Positions 14,624 through 28,770 of a stretch of DNA of 64,000 nt are shown here, one piece after another; positions within the stretch are counted from its first letter, which is position 1; the number at the start of each line of letters is the position of its first letter. The notes below the pieces were generated by a model, which did no database searches, had not been told where the DNA came from, and saw only the letters and a list, made by a program, of their open reading frames with translations. This stretch comes from the human T2T-CHM13v2.0 reference genome, Homo sapiens, in NCBI RefSeq assembly GCF_009914755.1, contig NC_060939.1. The stretch is one strand, 5' to 3'. Position numbers and translations under genes: made by a program.

Positions 14624-15591
14624 AGTAGATAAAAGCTTATAGAATAAGAATATAACAAAAAAAAATCGTGTATAACAGTACAATGTGTTTTAAGCTACAT
14701 TTATTATAGAAGAGTCAAAATGTTTAAAAAAACAAAATTATAAAGTAAAAAGTTACAGTAAGCTAAGGTAAATTTATTATTAAAGAAAAAGAAATATTTT
14801 CAATAATTGTAGGGTATTCTAAGTGTACAGTATTTATAAAGTCTGCAGTAGTATACAATAGTGTTCTAGGCCTTCACGTTCACTCACCACTCACTGACTC
14901 ACCCACAGCAACTTTTTGGCCTGAAAACTCCATTCATGGTAATTTCCCTATAAGGTACCATTTTTTATCTTTTACACTGTATTTTTGCAGTATCTTCTCT
15001 ATATTTAGAGACACAAATACTTACCATTGTGTTACAGTTGCCTACACCATTCAGTACAGTAACCTGCCATACAGGTTTGTAGCCTGAGGACAAAAGGCTC
15101 CACCATGGAGCCTTAGGTGGGGAGCGGCCTGTATATCATCTAGGTTGGTGTAAGTCTGCCCATGATGTTCACACAATTATGAAATCACAGAAACATGCAT
15201 TTCTCACAATGTGTCTGGTATGGTTGGGCTGTGTCCTCACCCAAATCTCACCTTGAATTGTAATAATCCCCACAAGCCAAAGGCAGGGCCAGGTGGAGAT
15301 AATGGAATCATGAGGGAGGTTTCCCCCATACTATTCTTGTGATAGTAAATAAGTCTCAGGAGATCTGGTGGTTTTGTAAATGGGAGTTCCCCTGCAAAAG
15401 CTTCTCTTGCCTGCTGCCATGTAAGATGTGCCTTTGCCTTCTGCCATGATTGTGAGGCCTCCCCAAACATGTGGAACTATGAGTCCATTAAACCTCTTTC
15501 CTTTATAAATTACCCAGTCTCAGATATATCTTTATTAGCAGCGTGAGAACAGACTAATACAGTATCCCCATCATTAAGCTAGGCACAACTG
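14624..15591 (+). mobile_element. Tigger3/Golem (MER7-type) DNA transposon, 3' part, interrupted by THE1
   Basis: aaagttacagtaagctaagg...caggtttgtagcct...catttctcacaatgt, resuming after the LTR as atccccatcattaagctaggcacaactg followed by TA. Confidence 0.85.
15216..15561 (+). mobile_element. THE1 (MaLR) solo LTR
   Basis: tggtatggttgggctgtgtcctcacccaaatctcaccttgaattgt...gagaacagactaataca. 5-bp TSD gtgtc/gtatc. Confidence 0.93.
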
Positions 15592-16239
15592 TAGTTACTC
15601 ATTCTTTCTTCCTACTGAATTAGAATGTTCTTGAGGATGAGAACTGTTTGCTCTTGTTTTATTGATTAATTTTTCACTCACTCAGCAGCAGTTCTAGTTT
15701 AAGTGCAATACAATAGTGGGTAAAAGTGTACCTGACTTCCGCTCTAATGGAAGTTATAATTTAGAAGTAGAGACATTTATCAAGTATTCATTCAAATTGG
15801 TGCATAAACTGAATTTTAATTATATAAAAAGTGGTACTTCAGGGGGAAAAAAAACCTGGCCAAAACTGGAAAGAAGAATGTTGTTAAGGAACCTTTTACT
15901 CTTCCAGCAATGTTGGAAAAGAGGTAATTCACTTAAGGATTTTGAGCTTAATCCTAACTTCAACAAGAAGTGGTTAGGTAATATAAAAAGCAGAGAATGG
16001 ATAAGTTAATTTTTTAGGAGTTTCTTCTGGCTGCCTAATGGAAAAAAATAAGATAAGGGTGAGTGGGAAGCAAAACAGTTTCTAGGAGGTGAATTAACTG
16101 GTCATTTAAGTAATTCAAAAGAGGGATGTTGTTAGATTAAAAGAGAATGGTGGTTGTGGACATGTGGATATAAGACAAATTTGAAATGTATTTTTGAAAG
16201 AAAACAATGAGACTTGTTAGTGGAAAGAATATGGGGCAG

Positions 16240-17351
16240 TGTGTCAGGCACAATCTGCTACACACCCAACATCAGAATATCTTTTTATACTTAGCCTCCC
16301 AACATCAGCTAGGTATTAAAAATCCACTTGTCTTCAACCCCCTTCTTCTATTCCAGTAGGATTTGATTTTTTTTCCAGCTAATGAGAGTTCAGTAGATCT
16401 TAGAAAGGAAATGATACCCTGTCTCAGCTCCAAGGGGTGAACTGTGATTGTCTAATTGAACAGTGCCATGACAATTGAATTCTTTTTGTTTGTGGTTGGT
16501 TCAGAGTGGTCATGCAGCCTAATTCTGGAAAGGGGGATATAAGCAAGTGAAAGCTCAGTAGGGTTTCTCTGAAGGTTTTTGCTTTCCAGATAGAAAGTGA
16601 CAAACTCAACTGGCACGATTCTTTTCCCCTTTTTGCCCATACATGTTTGTTAGTTTCCCATTGCTGCTATTACAAATTACTACAAGCTTGGTGTCTTAAA
16701 ATAATACAAAAATTAGTGACCTTACAGTTCTGGAGGTCAGAAGCCTGAAGTAGAACCCAGTGAGTGAAATCATCTGGATGTTCCAGCGGAGAACCTGTTC
16801 CTTTGCCTTTTCCAACTTCAAGAGGCCACTCACGTGTCTTGGCTCGTGATACCCTTCCATCTTTATAACCAGCAATCGCTAGGTGAGTCTTTCTCACTCC
16901 ACATCATTCTGCTTCCATGGTCACACCTCCCTATCTGAATCTCCTGGCTCACTCGACTCTTATGATTCCATTGAACTCAACCAGATAAGACAGGTTAATC
17001 CCTTCATGTCGAGCTCCTTAATTTAATCACATCTGCGGAGTACATCTGCAATGTAAGGCAACACAGTCACAGGTCTGGGAATGAGGGCTTGGGAGTCATC
17101 TCTGTGGGGGGGCATTTCCTACTCACCACAGTGGTTTTTAGTCTTCGAATGTAAACGTGAGGCCTGGGATAATCTGTCATCTTGTGACCATGAGACAACA
17201 AACGGGAGAGAAAGACCGTTCCAAAATGCAAATACTAGCATGTACCTGGCCATGGAGCTATTACTAGTGGATGTATAACTGGGACTTCTTATATGACATA
17301 GGTAAACTCTCTATTGGTGAGCCTGCTTAAACTTGGGTTTTCTTTTTCTTG
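16240..17351 (+). mobile_element. Old MLT1 (MLT1J/H-like) LTR, split by a younger MLT1
   Basis: ggtttttgctttcc...catcttgtgaccatgag...ggacttcttatatga...ttgggttttct typical of old MLT1. Confidence 0.5.
16645..17130 (-). mobile_element. MLT1C/D LTR
   Basis: ttagtttcccattgctgctattacaaattactacaagcttggtgtcttaaa...cagttctggaggtcagaag...ggggggcatttcctactcaccaca. Confidence 0.85.
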
Positions 17352-17669
17352 GAGCCATCCACAATAAGACACGTATTTTATGTTATGACCCAATAGTGAG
17401 CCATAATCCTTATTTGAAAAACATTGTCCTAAGAATAAAGATTATTTAAGCTTTTTACTGTTTTTTTTTGTTTTCTGCACATTATACTGCATTTTATTTG
17501 AGCTATGTAAACAAGGCAATATTCCCATTTAAATCACTTGTTAAAAAGACTTCTCAGCACTGAACTCCATACAAATCTTAGCACCATCTAAGTCAGCTAC
17601 TCTTTGCTAAAATCCCCCTACTGTTTGTATTGAAGATTCTGTTTCACTCTGCTTTTTCTACTCTGTAGT

Positions 17670-17806
17670 CTTTTTTTAATTATTATTTTTGTAGAGATGG
17701 GGGTCTAGGTTGCCCAGGCTGGTCTCAAACTCCTGACCTCAAGTGATCCTCCCAACAACACCTCCTAAAGCTCTGGGTTTACAGGCATGAACCACCATGC
17801 CTGGCC
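17670..17806 (-). mobile_element. FLAM / Alu left monomer
   Basis: Single-monomer Alu reverse complement. Confidence 0.85.
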
Positions 17807-18029
17807 CACTTTGTATTCTTTCTGATGATTATCCTTCATCCTGCTGTCCTCTAACTGTAGCTCCCTCAAGGTATTTTACTTTTAAAATTTATGACCAGGA
17901 CCTTTATTGAGAAATGCATTTTACATCACAAGTTACCACACACATAGGGGTAATGTTTGGTTTTCAGCTATATTTTCACAATTAGATTTTTCTCTAAAAA
18001 AATAACTGTTATGTGGATAAAACAACTAC

Positions 18030-18765
18030 ATTCCTATCAGATGTCAGCCCCTTTGTGTGCTAGAGCCCACTGCCTTGCATCGTCTGAGGACTTATTTATT
18101 TTGGACAATTATCCAGTCTCTTTCCTGCATCATTAATTTCTTACCTTCTACAGGATTATGCCCTAAATTTCATTCTGTTACACTCATGGAAAGAAGAAGA
18201 AACTGGAGATGGAGGAGAGGGAGGAGGGGGAACTATGTCTGCAGCTCTACTCTAGTTCTCTGCTACCCTTAAAAGTAAAACTTCTAGAGAGAGCCATCTA
18301 TAGTCGCATTCTCTACGTCATCACCTGGGTTCTCTCCTAAGACCACCCTAACCGAGCTTCCGTTTTCACTGCCTTTATGAACGTTTGTTAAGCTACGTGC
18401 AGTGAAATCCAAAGGTCGCTCTTCTATTCTTGTCCGAAATGTCTTAGAAGTGTTCAGTGAAGTTTATCACTTGCTTCTATGATGAAGGCTTTCTTCTCCT
18501 GGTTTCAGAAACCCCATCGTCTCCTTGCATCTCCTTTGTCACTGAAACTCTCTTACTGTCTCCTCGGCTCAATCATGGTATGCCCCTGGGCCCTTTCCTG
18601 GTCCTGTACTCCTTTCTATATAGAGGTAAAGCATTTTAAACCCATCTAATCCCTGGGCTTTAACCAGTATCTGTATAAATAGGACTTTCAATTCTATGTG
18701 TCTCATTCTGAACTCTTTTGGAACTAGGATTTGTGTAATCACATACGGACTTGATATCTCCACAT
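18030..18765 (+). mobile_element. L2 relics
   Basis: Degenerate L2 ORF-end motifs (aaatccaaaggtcgctcttct, ttctcctggtttc, cttgatatctccac). Confidence 0.5.
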
Positions 18766-20823
18766 AATACAGAATATTGGAGGTACATATTGCCTAATGA
18801 TGATCTTCTTTGTCCACTTCATTTCCTGAAACTGAAATGTAGAGAGGTTGAATAACTTAACCGGTTTCCTATTGCTAGTCAGAGGCAGAGTAGATATGCC
18901 TTCGAAACAGTGCTATCAGCTACTCTTTAGTAGGACCAAAAAATTAAAAAGCACATAATGCAGGTATTAAATACCAACAAGCAAGAGTATAAGATTTCTT
19001 TCTGTTTGTTAGGAAGCTTCAGTGTCGGATAAAGCTGTGCTGGACAGACTCCTGTAAATTCAAGCCCTGTGGTGGGGCTCTTTATGTCCCATGCTGAGTA
19101 TGGCAGCAGAGGCATAACTGCATTTCTTGTCAGCTTTCCCCCAAAATTCAATCTGATTTTTACATTTTTATCTTTTCTCTCCCTGCTGGTAGGTTTCACT
19201 GGACTGATACAGATTTACATATTCCCCAATCTGATTATATTCCAGTTTATTGATTAGAAATTACCACTGTGATATTAAGTTATTACAAAGTGAGACATAA
19301 GTTTTTAGTGAGTTATCACTTTTGCAGATAGTGATCACTGTGATGGGAGGCTCTCTTTCAATTATCCCATCAAATAGTTATGGTTTATTTAGAGCTTGCT
19401 GGGAGTCAGATCGTTTTCGTAAATTTCTAAATCCCCAAGACTCAAAGCTGATTTCCAAAAATATTTGACTTTAACAGTATAGTTTCTTCAACTGAACTGT
19501 CTTTATTTACAAGCCTTTTAAGGATCAAGAGGAATTGCAGGTTTTGACACTCAGCATGTGAAGGCTTATATTAACTATTAAAGAATGAATTTCCTACAGA
19601 ATATTTTTTCTCAACTGGGTCTTCATGCAATAATGTTAATTATCAAGATAAACGATCCAAAATGAGATGAAAGCTAAACATCAAAATACTGAACAAATTC
19701 TCCATGATCATGGGGATGACTCCATTAAAGCAAATTGCAGCTAAATGCAGGGCAGCAAGAAGGGAAACAGGGCAACAAGGAGATACATTATCTGTATCAA
19801 CAACAAAGCTCTAAAGCCAAAATATTTAAGAGAAGTACGAATGGTCCGGCTTTGGGAAATAAACCAAATGTCAACAGTTTGCTATCACAATGATCATGAA
19901 TGCCAGGTACTTTGAATACTTAGCATTTTGCATGCCAGATAGTTTACTGGGCAACACCGGTTACAGCAATGTAGGCTGTACAGTGAATGGCTGCTGGTTT
20001 TCTTTTCCCCTGTAACAACATACCGCTACAGTAACTCTGCATGCTTTCATTTCAGTAACCTCTAGAGGTCCTTTATTACAAGGTATCAGAGCACTAAAAA
20101 GATTTCTGGGACTTCATTGAGTTTAAAAAACAGATGCATATGCCTATTTTTGTAATTGTTAACAGATACTTTTTTACATGGGGCAGGTTTTGGCTAGAGC
20201 TACTTTTATTATAAAAACACAAGATTTTCAAGGAAGAAACCTAATGCCCTCATTTTATGTTATGAATTTTAGAAAGAAATAACAATTAAGCATCAGTCAA
20301 TTACCTTCACTTAGGAGAGGAGAAAGAAAGCATAGCCCTCAGACAGACTGGGGAGGCAGGAGAGAATTATGCAAAACAGGAGGTTTACTAAGGTCCTATA
20401 GATACATGCCTGGGTTCTTCCAAAAATACCTTCACCCACTCTCAGATATTGGGCTTAGGATTCTAAAGTATTGAGCTCAGTTCTTGTGGCAACAGGACGT
20501 AAGATTCTAAACAGTCTTGGTTTGAAATGGAATAAGATTATGTGGAATTGCTTTAACAAGGCATGTGAACAAGTTGTTCTTCACTGCCAACCCTTTCCCT
20601 CCACTTTTGCTTCCTAAGATGTAAAGCCGTGGTTTCCTGAAATGATTTTTTGCATAGGTGTGCCTAAATATTGTGGAACACAACAGCATTTGCTCGTTAT
20701 TAAATGTGTCAGATTCACTATCTTCTACTGTTTATTTTCAATGCTACATTTGTTCCTGTGTCCTTGCCTCCACAGTTTGTGAGTATACTTCCTGGTTACA
20801 ATTTACTAGTTAAAAATAAAGTT

Positions 20824-21229
<406 letters not shown>

Positions 21230-24200
21230 CTACGGACGGAACATAACTTTTCTGTAATCACTGTATAGTAGTCTTCCAACCTCAGCAGATATTTTTTCTG
21301 AATATATTTGAATAATTTCTCATACTCTTCCTGTCTTCTTCACTTTGTTGAAACAGATCAAGCCCAAGTATTTTTGGGTTGTCTACCAATTCCAAAAGAG
21401 AGTCTTGATTTGGGATTAGGTTACTCTGAAATATTTTCCAAAGTAACTCAATTTTACAGAATCAAAGTGTACTTGTAGTTCATTTTATAGCTATGGAGAA
21501 TATGTATTTCTAATTTCCACTTTAGAGGGTTTTTTTTTAACCATCACAACTAGGAATTTTAATTCTTTGTCTGAAAAATTATACCATACATATTTCCCTC
21601 AAAAACATTTGGTACGAAGTACTGCCCATTAGAAGCAAGCTGAACATTTTGAATATATATTATTCATCTCATACGGGATGACCTTGCTCAGTAGGTCATA
21701 ATTTGAAGATCTATTATGACTGTGATTAATAGGACTTCTCCCGACCAGTATCTGAAATAAATGCAAATGGCCACTGTAACACAATTACTTGGTTTCCATT
21801 TTAAAGTCTTTCCACTTAGAAACTAAGTTATACATAGAGGTTACACATCTCAGTCTGGCTGACAGACTCTCAGGTGGGTGGGCCTATTACAATCTATGCA
21901 AACAGGAAGACCAGGTCACTCATTAAACCATGGTCAATATAAATGGTGCAACGGGTTTTGTCCCAAGGACCGATGGCTAGATAATTTGACAAAAGGACAG
22001 AGAAGGATGGTGAAAAAAAAAAAAAAAAAAAAAAAAAACACAGATCAATGGCTATTAATTTGAAAGCAACACATATCCTAGAAAGAAACAGTTTATGCTG
22101 TTATTTAGAATAATTACCATTTTCAATTAGCTGACATTTCACATAGCTTTGGGACTATAGCAAGGCAATGACCCTCAACATCTAATCTCAGCCCTGCCTT
22201 TTGTCAATGATCTCCTGATACCGCTTCAAAGGCAAACCCAATACTTTGTGAGCAATGGCTTTCTTTGTCATAAATAGCAAGTAGTGCACAGAGTTCAAAG
22301 GAAGTTCAAGTGATATACACACTAAGGCAAAATATCTCATGTTAAAATTTCCCCGAATAGGTGAATACTTTTTTCCTGGCCATTTCCTTAATGAGCATAT
22401 ACTTCCAATGCAATAGAGCAGTAATTTTATTGTATTATGATGACACTATAAAAACATAAAGGAATTAAAAGTTCCATTGTAGGTTTCTATCCCGTCAGTG
22501 TCAATATACAATTTACATAAGTTTTTAAAGCTAAATTATAAACTTAATTATTCATATCATTTTAAGACACTGTTTGGAATTTGAAAGTGTGATACATAGT
22601 TTAAAATAAATTAGCCATTTCCTATTTGAAAAATAAAATCCTCAATCTGTTAAGAGAACACATCATGATACTGATGAGAATCACTTGTTTTGAAATGCTT
22701 ATTTGGTCAGCACACCAGACCATTAGTCCAAAAGCACAGGACTAAGTCTTGTCTATTCTGTGGCCCATGCCATACATACTTAGTCACCCAGTCCTCTACC
22801 TGGTAGAAGGCTTCAATCACTACACTGGAGCTGAAAAGAAACAGTGTCACCGAGTATAAATAAAACATTGCAACCCATAACTTCTGAAACACAAAACTCA
22901 AAGTCTGTATCTTATTGGTTATTGGTTAGTTGTATCATCTCTATTGGGCATTGAGGTACTAGCAATAATTAAAAATATAAACTTGCAAAAATATTATAAA
23001 TGCATTAGACCTAATAAAGATCTAGACAATGGATGAAAATATGTGCTTTGTGCTGTCCAGACCACAATCGTTGGAATCTAGTTGTGAAATGCTGCTCTAT
23101 TCCCCTTAATAATTTTTAGAAATATCATCAATATCTGTTTTTGACAATTTTTATTAAAGTGGCAAATGGTCGTTAATCATTTTTAGATCAGTTTTTCCAT
23201 TAGATACCAGACAGAATTATCTAGGTATGAAAAGCCAATCATAAATAAGGTACTATTCAGTTAAACTGCTTTGTTCACACAAAGAATCATGCTATTAGTT
23301 TGCATACTTCCTAAGATTTTAATTTCACACTCTTCAGTGTCACAATTATATTGTCAATTAAGTGTGTCATTAGCAAAACTGGGAACCCTCAGACATAACA
23401 TTTCCATTCAAGTCAAAATTTATACTGAGTTGATGTCTAAAATGCTTACACTTACAAGATCTATCTTATTATAGCTCGGATAGTGCATTCCACTTTTTTG
23501 TCACTCTATATAGTCATCTACAAATAAGCAACAAAATAAAGTCATTTAAAGACCAGAATTAAGTGTCTGTTAAACTTCTTAGGTGTTGTAAAGTATTCAT
23601 CTATTGACCCTGCTCTCCTAGGCTCTGAACAAGTTGTTCTATTTGGGCAACTGGCAAGAGGTATTTGGATCTTCTGAATAGAATGCCCTAAGAGATTCAT
23701 AAACCTTTCAGAAGAAGAAAGGGTCTCAATACTTATTGAAACACTGCACATGAACTAACTTACGTATGCTATCTTATTTAATCTTCATAACAACCTTACT
23801 AGCCTGAAATTTCCAGCAGACCAGGAGTAGCACTGGTTTTACTCAACTTGTATCTTAAAGCAGCCAGCAAAGTGGAAAGAGAACAAACTTCCAATAAATA
23901 TTCCTAGAAAGAGAAGGGGATAGAAGTGAAAGGAAAGATTAAGATGATATTATCGTACTCATTTTAAGGTTGAAAAATCTAAAATAAATACAGAAGGAGT
24001 AATATGTCCAGGATCACACAGGAGGAAGTTATGGGCCTAGCATTTCATTCCTGATCTTTCAGAATCCCAAACCGATGGTTTCTGTGCAAAATATGCTTCC
24101 ATTCATATATGTACCTCCGTTCGCATTTTTACAACAATACTTCATTCATGCTAGCCACCAGCTAAGAGGGTCCCAATTATCTGGAATCTAAGTCCAAAGG

Positions 24201-24979
24201 AACACAATGATTGAACAAATGAGCTGTCAAAATATTTCTGCATCACTCACTTTCTGTAAAAACAGAACCACCTATTGTGGCAAGTCTGGGAACAGGTGAG
24301 AGCTTCTTTCACCCTCCAGCTCCACATTTGGAGTCTCCTTGTGAGTCAAGCATGCAAATGCCTGAGCTTCTTCACTGTGATCTAACACATAGACATTCAC
24401 AGAAATCTTCACAAAAGTAAGTTTTTGAAGAAATAAATTTTTTTAATGAAGTGTTATTTGAGCATTCTGGAGCATCATACAAATATAGGACAGACTGAAG
24501 GAATACATGCAGCTTAATTTGAGTTAACATTTTTTGAAATTTTATATTGCAAAAGTATACGTATTTACCGTTGTGAAATTAGAAAGGATAGGCAAAGAGG
24601 GCGGTCTACAAAGCACTCCCTAGATCCACCATACTGAGACAACGCTTAATGCTTTGATGGATTTATTTATTTTATACTTTCTACGCATATGCATGTATTG
24701 TATACATACATGTTCATGGTTAAATATAAACAGTTATCCTTGGTGTTCTGTTTATCCATTTATTGTTGTGAAGTAAATCCCCAAAGAGTACATTTCCTTT
24801 GCCCGAGGGAGTCTTTTGCTACATACTGCAGTACATAATGAAAACTAAAAAAGGGGCTAACTTTTCAGCCTTGTGACATTATGGTGATTCAAACAGAGGC
24901 TTCATCAAAGGCAGATTCAGCAATGAACTTGGTGTGTATAGGTGGTTATGCTTGGCATTACTGCCTGTAATAGTATGAT

Positions 24980-25370
24980 AGGGATGATTTCAGTGTCTGC
25001 CAAATGGGAACTGGTTAAGTAAACTGTGGTACATCCAAATGATGCATACTGTGTAGCTGAAAAGAATGAGAAAGACTCTGTACTCACGTAGAACTCGGAT
25101 ATATTCTGTGTGTTTTTTAAAAGGGAGAAGGAATGGTATCGTATGTGTGGTATGCTACTTTTTGTGTTGAGAGAGAAGGGTAGAATAAGAATATACATGT
25201 GTATTTGCAAAGATAAATTCTGAAATGATATATAAGAAATGAATTAAAAGTGTTTGGCTGTGGAAGGAGAATAAGACTGTGAATGGGATTTTGCCACATA
25301 CTTTTATAGACAGTTATATTTAAAAATTTTCTGGACTATATATTTGTACATATGACGCTTTTAAAAATGA
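24980..25370 (+). mobile_element. L1ME-type 3' relic
   Basis: ggttaagtaaactgtggtacatccaaatgatgcatactgtgtagctgaaaagaatgag. Confidence 0.65.
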
Positions 25371-26004
25371 GTGAATGAAGGAATGAAGTAGGATTATGAG
25401 AAAGAGATAAGAAAAAAGGATCTAAGGGGCTGCCCATCTTCTTAGTACCCAGTGAATATTAATACATAACAATAGCAGCAAAAATTGGAAGAGTAGCCCC
25501 AGGAGGGTGGTAGGGAGTCAGCCTTTCCTTTGTCTTTTCCTCAATTCCATATATTAAAAACATATATATATATGTATATATTCTGAGAACAATAAAACAA
25601 TTTGAAACAAAAATGTTTCCAGATCTCTTCAAAGGAAGATGGGCAGCTTTATGTAGTGCACTTCCCAAAAATGGGCTGGTTTCCCTCAAGAGGCGGGGAT
25701 TCTAGCCTACATGGGATACATATGGGAGAAAAAATAAGAAAAAGAAAAGAGATTTAAATATAAATAAATGAAAACACTTCTCCCTGATTATAATAATTTG
25801 GATGACAAATATTAAGAAAAATCTTTAACTTGCCATCCAAAACATTCTGGTTTGTTGCTTTTTATACTTTTTTATGCATATAAACATTTTAAAAAGTAGA
25901 ATCATAATAGATAGCCTTTTGTCACTTACTATATTTTGGGCATATTTCTGTTGCAGTAAATATTTTCTGGCGTCATCATTTTTAATGGTTGGATGTATAT
26001 TAAT

Positions 26005-26314
26005 TCCTTTCCTTTTTTTCTTTACTTTCTTTTCCTTTCCTTTTTCTTTCCTTTGTTTCCTTCCTTTCCTTCGTTTCCTTCCTTTCTTTCCTTTTCCTTC
26101 CTTCCTTTTCCTTTTCTCCTTCCTTCCTTCTTTGCTTCTTTCCTTTCCTCCTTCCCTCCCTCTGTCCCTCCCCTCCCTCCATTTCTTCTTCCTTCCTTCT
26201 TCCTTTCCTTTCTTTTCCTTTTCCTTTTCTCCTTCTTTCCTTCCTTTCTTCCTTCCTTCCTTTCTTCCCTCCCTCCCTCCCTTTCTTCCTTCCTTCCTTC
26301 TTTCTTTCTCCTTC
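26005..26314. repeat. Polypyrimidine low-complexity tract (TTCC/CTTT)n
   Basis: About 310 bp almost purely C/T. Confidence 0.95.
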
Positions 26315-26420
26315 CAAACTCCAAAGTCACATTTCACTTAACTTTTATCCTGCCAAATTTCAAAGCATTTTAGCTTAGTGATTTTAGTGTAAACAGGAGG
26401 AGGAGAGAATGTAATTATCT

Positions 26421-26697
26421 AGGTCTTGCTCTGTCACCCAGGCTGGGAGTGCAGTGCCATAATCATAGCTACTGCAACCTCAAATTCCTGGGCAGAAGCA
26501 ATTTTCCCACCTCAGCCTGCCGAGTAGCTAGGACTACAGGTGTGTGCCACCCTGCCCAGCTATTTTTTAAAATTTTTTGTGGAGATGTGAATTTGCTATG
26601 CTGCCTAGGCTTGTCTTGAACTCCTGACTTCAAGTAATCCTCCCACCTTGGCTTGTCAAAGTGCTGGGATTACAGGTGCGAACTACTGCTCCTGGCC
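26421..26697 (-). mobile_element. AluJ
   Basis: Diverged dimer, tail missing. Confidence 0.88.
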
Positions 26698-27430
26698 GAG
26701 AGTTTAGTTTTGTTTGCTAGCGGTGTTCTTGGTATCTTTTCCTATTTGAGGCTTTGGTGCTAGTGCTGAAGTATTAAACTCACCACCCAAGGTTTACAGG
26801 ACTTTTGTTTTAATATGGAACAGATGGAACTGTTTAGTTCTGCATCTCTGCAGGTATACAAAATGCCTACCAGGACTCTGCTTTATATCCATTGAAAGCA
26901 AGAAGTAATACAGTAAAACTTTGCCTGGCTAGAGGCTTTGAAGGAATGGAGTGTTCTGGTTGAATTCTATTAACTTGGAAGTATGAAGGTGAATAAATTT
27001 GGAACTTAAATTTCCTTTGAATGCAATTTGAAAATATAGCCAATGATTCCACTTTTCTTCTCTAGTAAGTTTGGACATTCCAATCTACTTGGTGTTTTAT
27101 TATAGAACTCCTAGTGTGCCTGAGTCTTACATTGTGAAGATACTTTTTTAAAACTTTAGCAGTAAGAGGATGTAAATGGTTTTGTATGAGATCAGGCTGG
27201 ATGAGAACTGATACTTGTAAACATACTTTTTAGAGTAAACCTCTGATTGCTGCTTGTTTTCTTATGGAACTCATAAAAATAAAACATATTGGATGGAGGG
27301 TGGGAGTGGGTAGGAGAGTTACGTGTTATGTGTTTTAATTGCATGTCATTGTTTCGTATCAAGACAGAACATATGGTATCCCTGGCTTTGGACCTAGAGA
27401 AGGAAACACATTTTTCTACCTGCTGTATGG

Positions 27431-27586
27431 CAGAGGTTCTTAAACAGCTGGAGGGATTACTGCAGCACAGATTGCTGAGCCCTACTCCAGAGTTTCTGAT
27501 TCGCCAGGTCCAGGGTAGGGCCTGGGAATTTGCACTTATAAAGAGTTCTCAGGTGCTGCTGGTGCTGCTAGTCCAGAGACTACATT
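27431..27586. mobile_element. MER5A (hAT-Charlie MITE)
   Basis: cagattgctgagccctactccagagtttctgattc...gggcctgggaatttgca...ctcaggtgctgctggtgctgctagtcc. Confidence 0.8.
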
Positions 27587-27911
27587 ACTCTTCTCTACTA
27601 ACTGTAAATTGCAGAACTCTAGACAAAAACTTGGTCTGGTCTGGGATAAGAAGCATACAGGTTATGGAGCTAATCTGAAAGATTCAACCCTTGAGCCCAG
27701 CCTAGTGTGGAATTCAGGTAACAAGCAGTACACAGTGACATAACACAATTCTTGGTTTTCATGATTGCAAGTCACAGGCAAGTATCAAGTGAGAAATTCA
27801 GTTTCATTTGCAAGGCTTAGAGAGGCCAGGTGATTCTAGAAAAATGAGCCTTGTATTTGTTTTAAACCAGTAAAGAGCTTTGAGTGCTTATTAAATTGAA
27901 AGCTCTTTAAA

Positions 27912-28227
27912 TTTATTTTGTATTTTATTTTATTTTCTTTCTTTTGAGATGGAGTTTCGCTCTGTCACCCAGGCTGGACTGCAGTGGTGTGAGCTTGGCT
28001 CACTGCAAACTCCGTCTCCCGGGTTCAAGTGATTCTACTGCCTCAGCCTCCTGAATAGCTGGGATTACAGGCACCCACTACCTCACCTGGCTAGTTTTTG
28101 TATTATTAGTAGAGATGGGTTTTCACCATGTTGGCCAGGCTGGTCTCGAACTCCTGACTTCAGGTGATCCACCCGCCTCGGGCTCCCAAAGTGCTGGGAT
28201 TACAGGCGCAAGCCACCGCATCTGGCC
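27912..28227 (-). mobile_element. AluS
   Basis: Full dimer reverse complement. Confidence 0.92.
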
Positions 28228-28626
28228 CAAAAGCTTTGTGTTGTTACAGATATTAGACATGTTTCTTGTTTAAGAAAAAATTTTTTAACAATAACATAGG
28301 AGAATAAGAGAAACTTTTTTCCAAAAAAAAGAAACTTGTGATTATTTTATCTTATTGGAATGTTGGATAACATAGTCTGCTTCGTTAATCATCAAGCATG
28401 CTATGGATTTTCCATTTTTATAGGATCTTTATCTCAGTTATGGTAATACTGGTAATTTTTGTACTGTGTTTGAAGATGAAAAATATAGGCCAAAATCGTA
28501 GACCTTGCATAGAAGCTGGATAATGAAGACAGCTCTGGAGGAACACATAGATACACACACACACACATATACATAAAGTATACACACATATATTTTTTAA
28601 AGTTTTAAAGCTTTTAAAGCAAAAGC

Positions 28627-28770
28627 CGGCCCCTCCCCTCTCCCAGAGGGGGCGGCCCCTCCCCTCTCCCAGAGGGGGCGGCCCCTCCCCTCTCCCAGAG
28701 GGGGCGGCCCCTCCCCTCTCCCAGAGGGGGCGGCCCCTCCCCTCTCCCAGAGGGGGCGGCCCCTCCCCTC
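28627..28770. repeat. 26-bp GC-rich VNTR in the GOLGA promoter (5 perfect copies plus a partial one)
   Basis: Unit cggcccctcccctctcccagaggggg starts at 28627, 28653, 28679, 28705, 28731, with a partial copy at 28757. Confidence 0.97.

Noticed and set aside
25825-26373. ORFs of 100-170 aa rich in K/E/G/R or F/L/P/S
   Set aside because: Translation of the C/T low-complexity tract, which lacks stop codons
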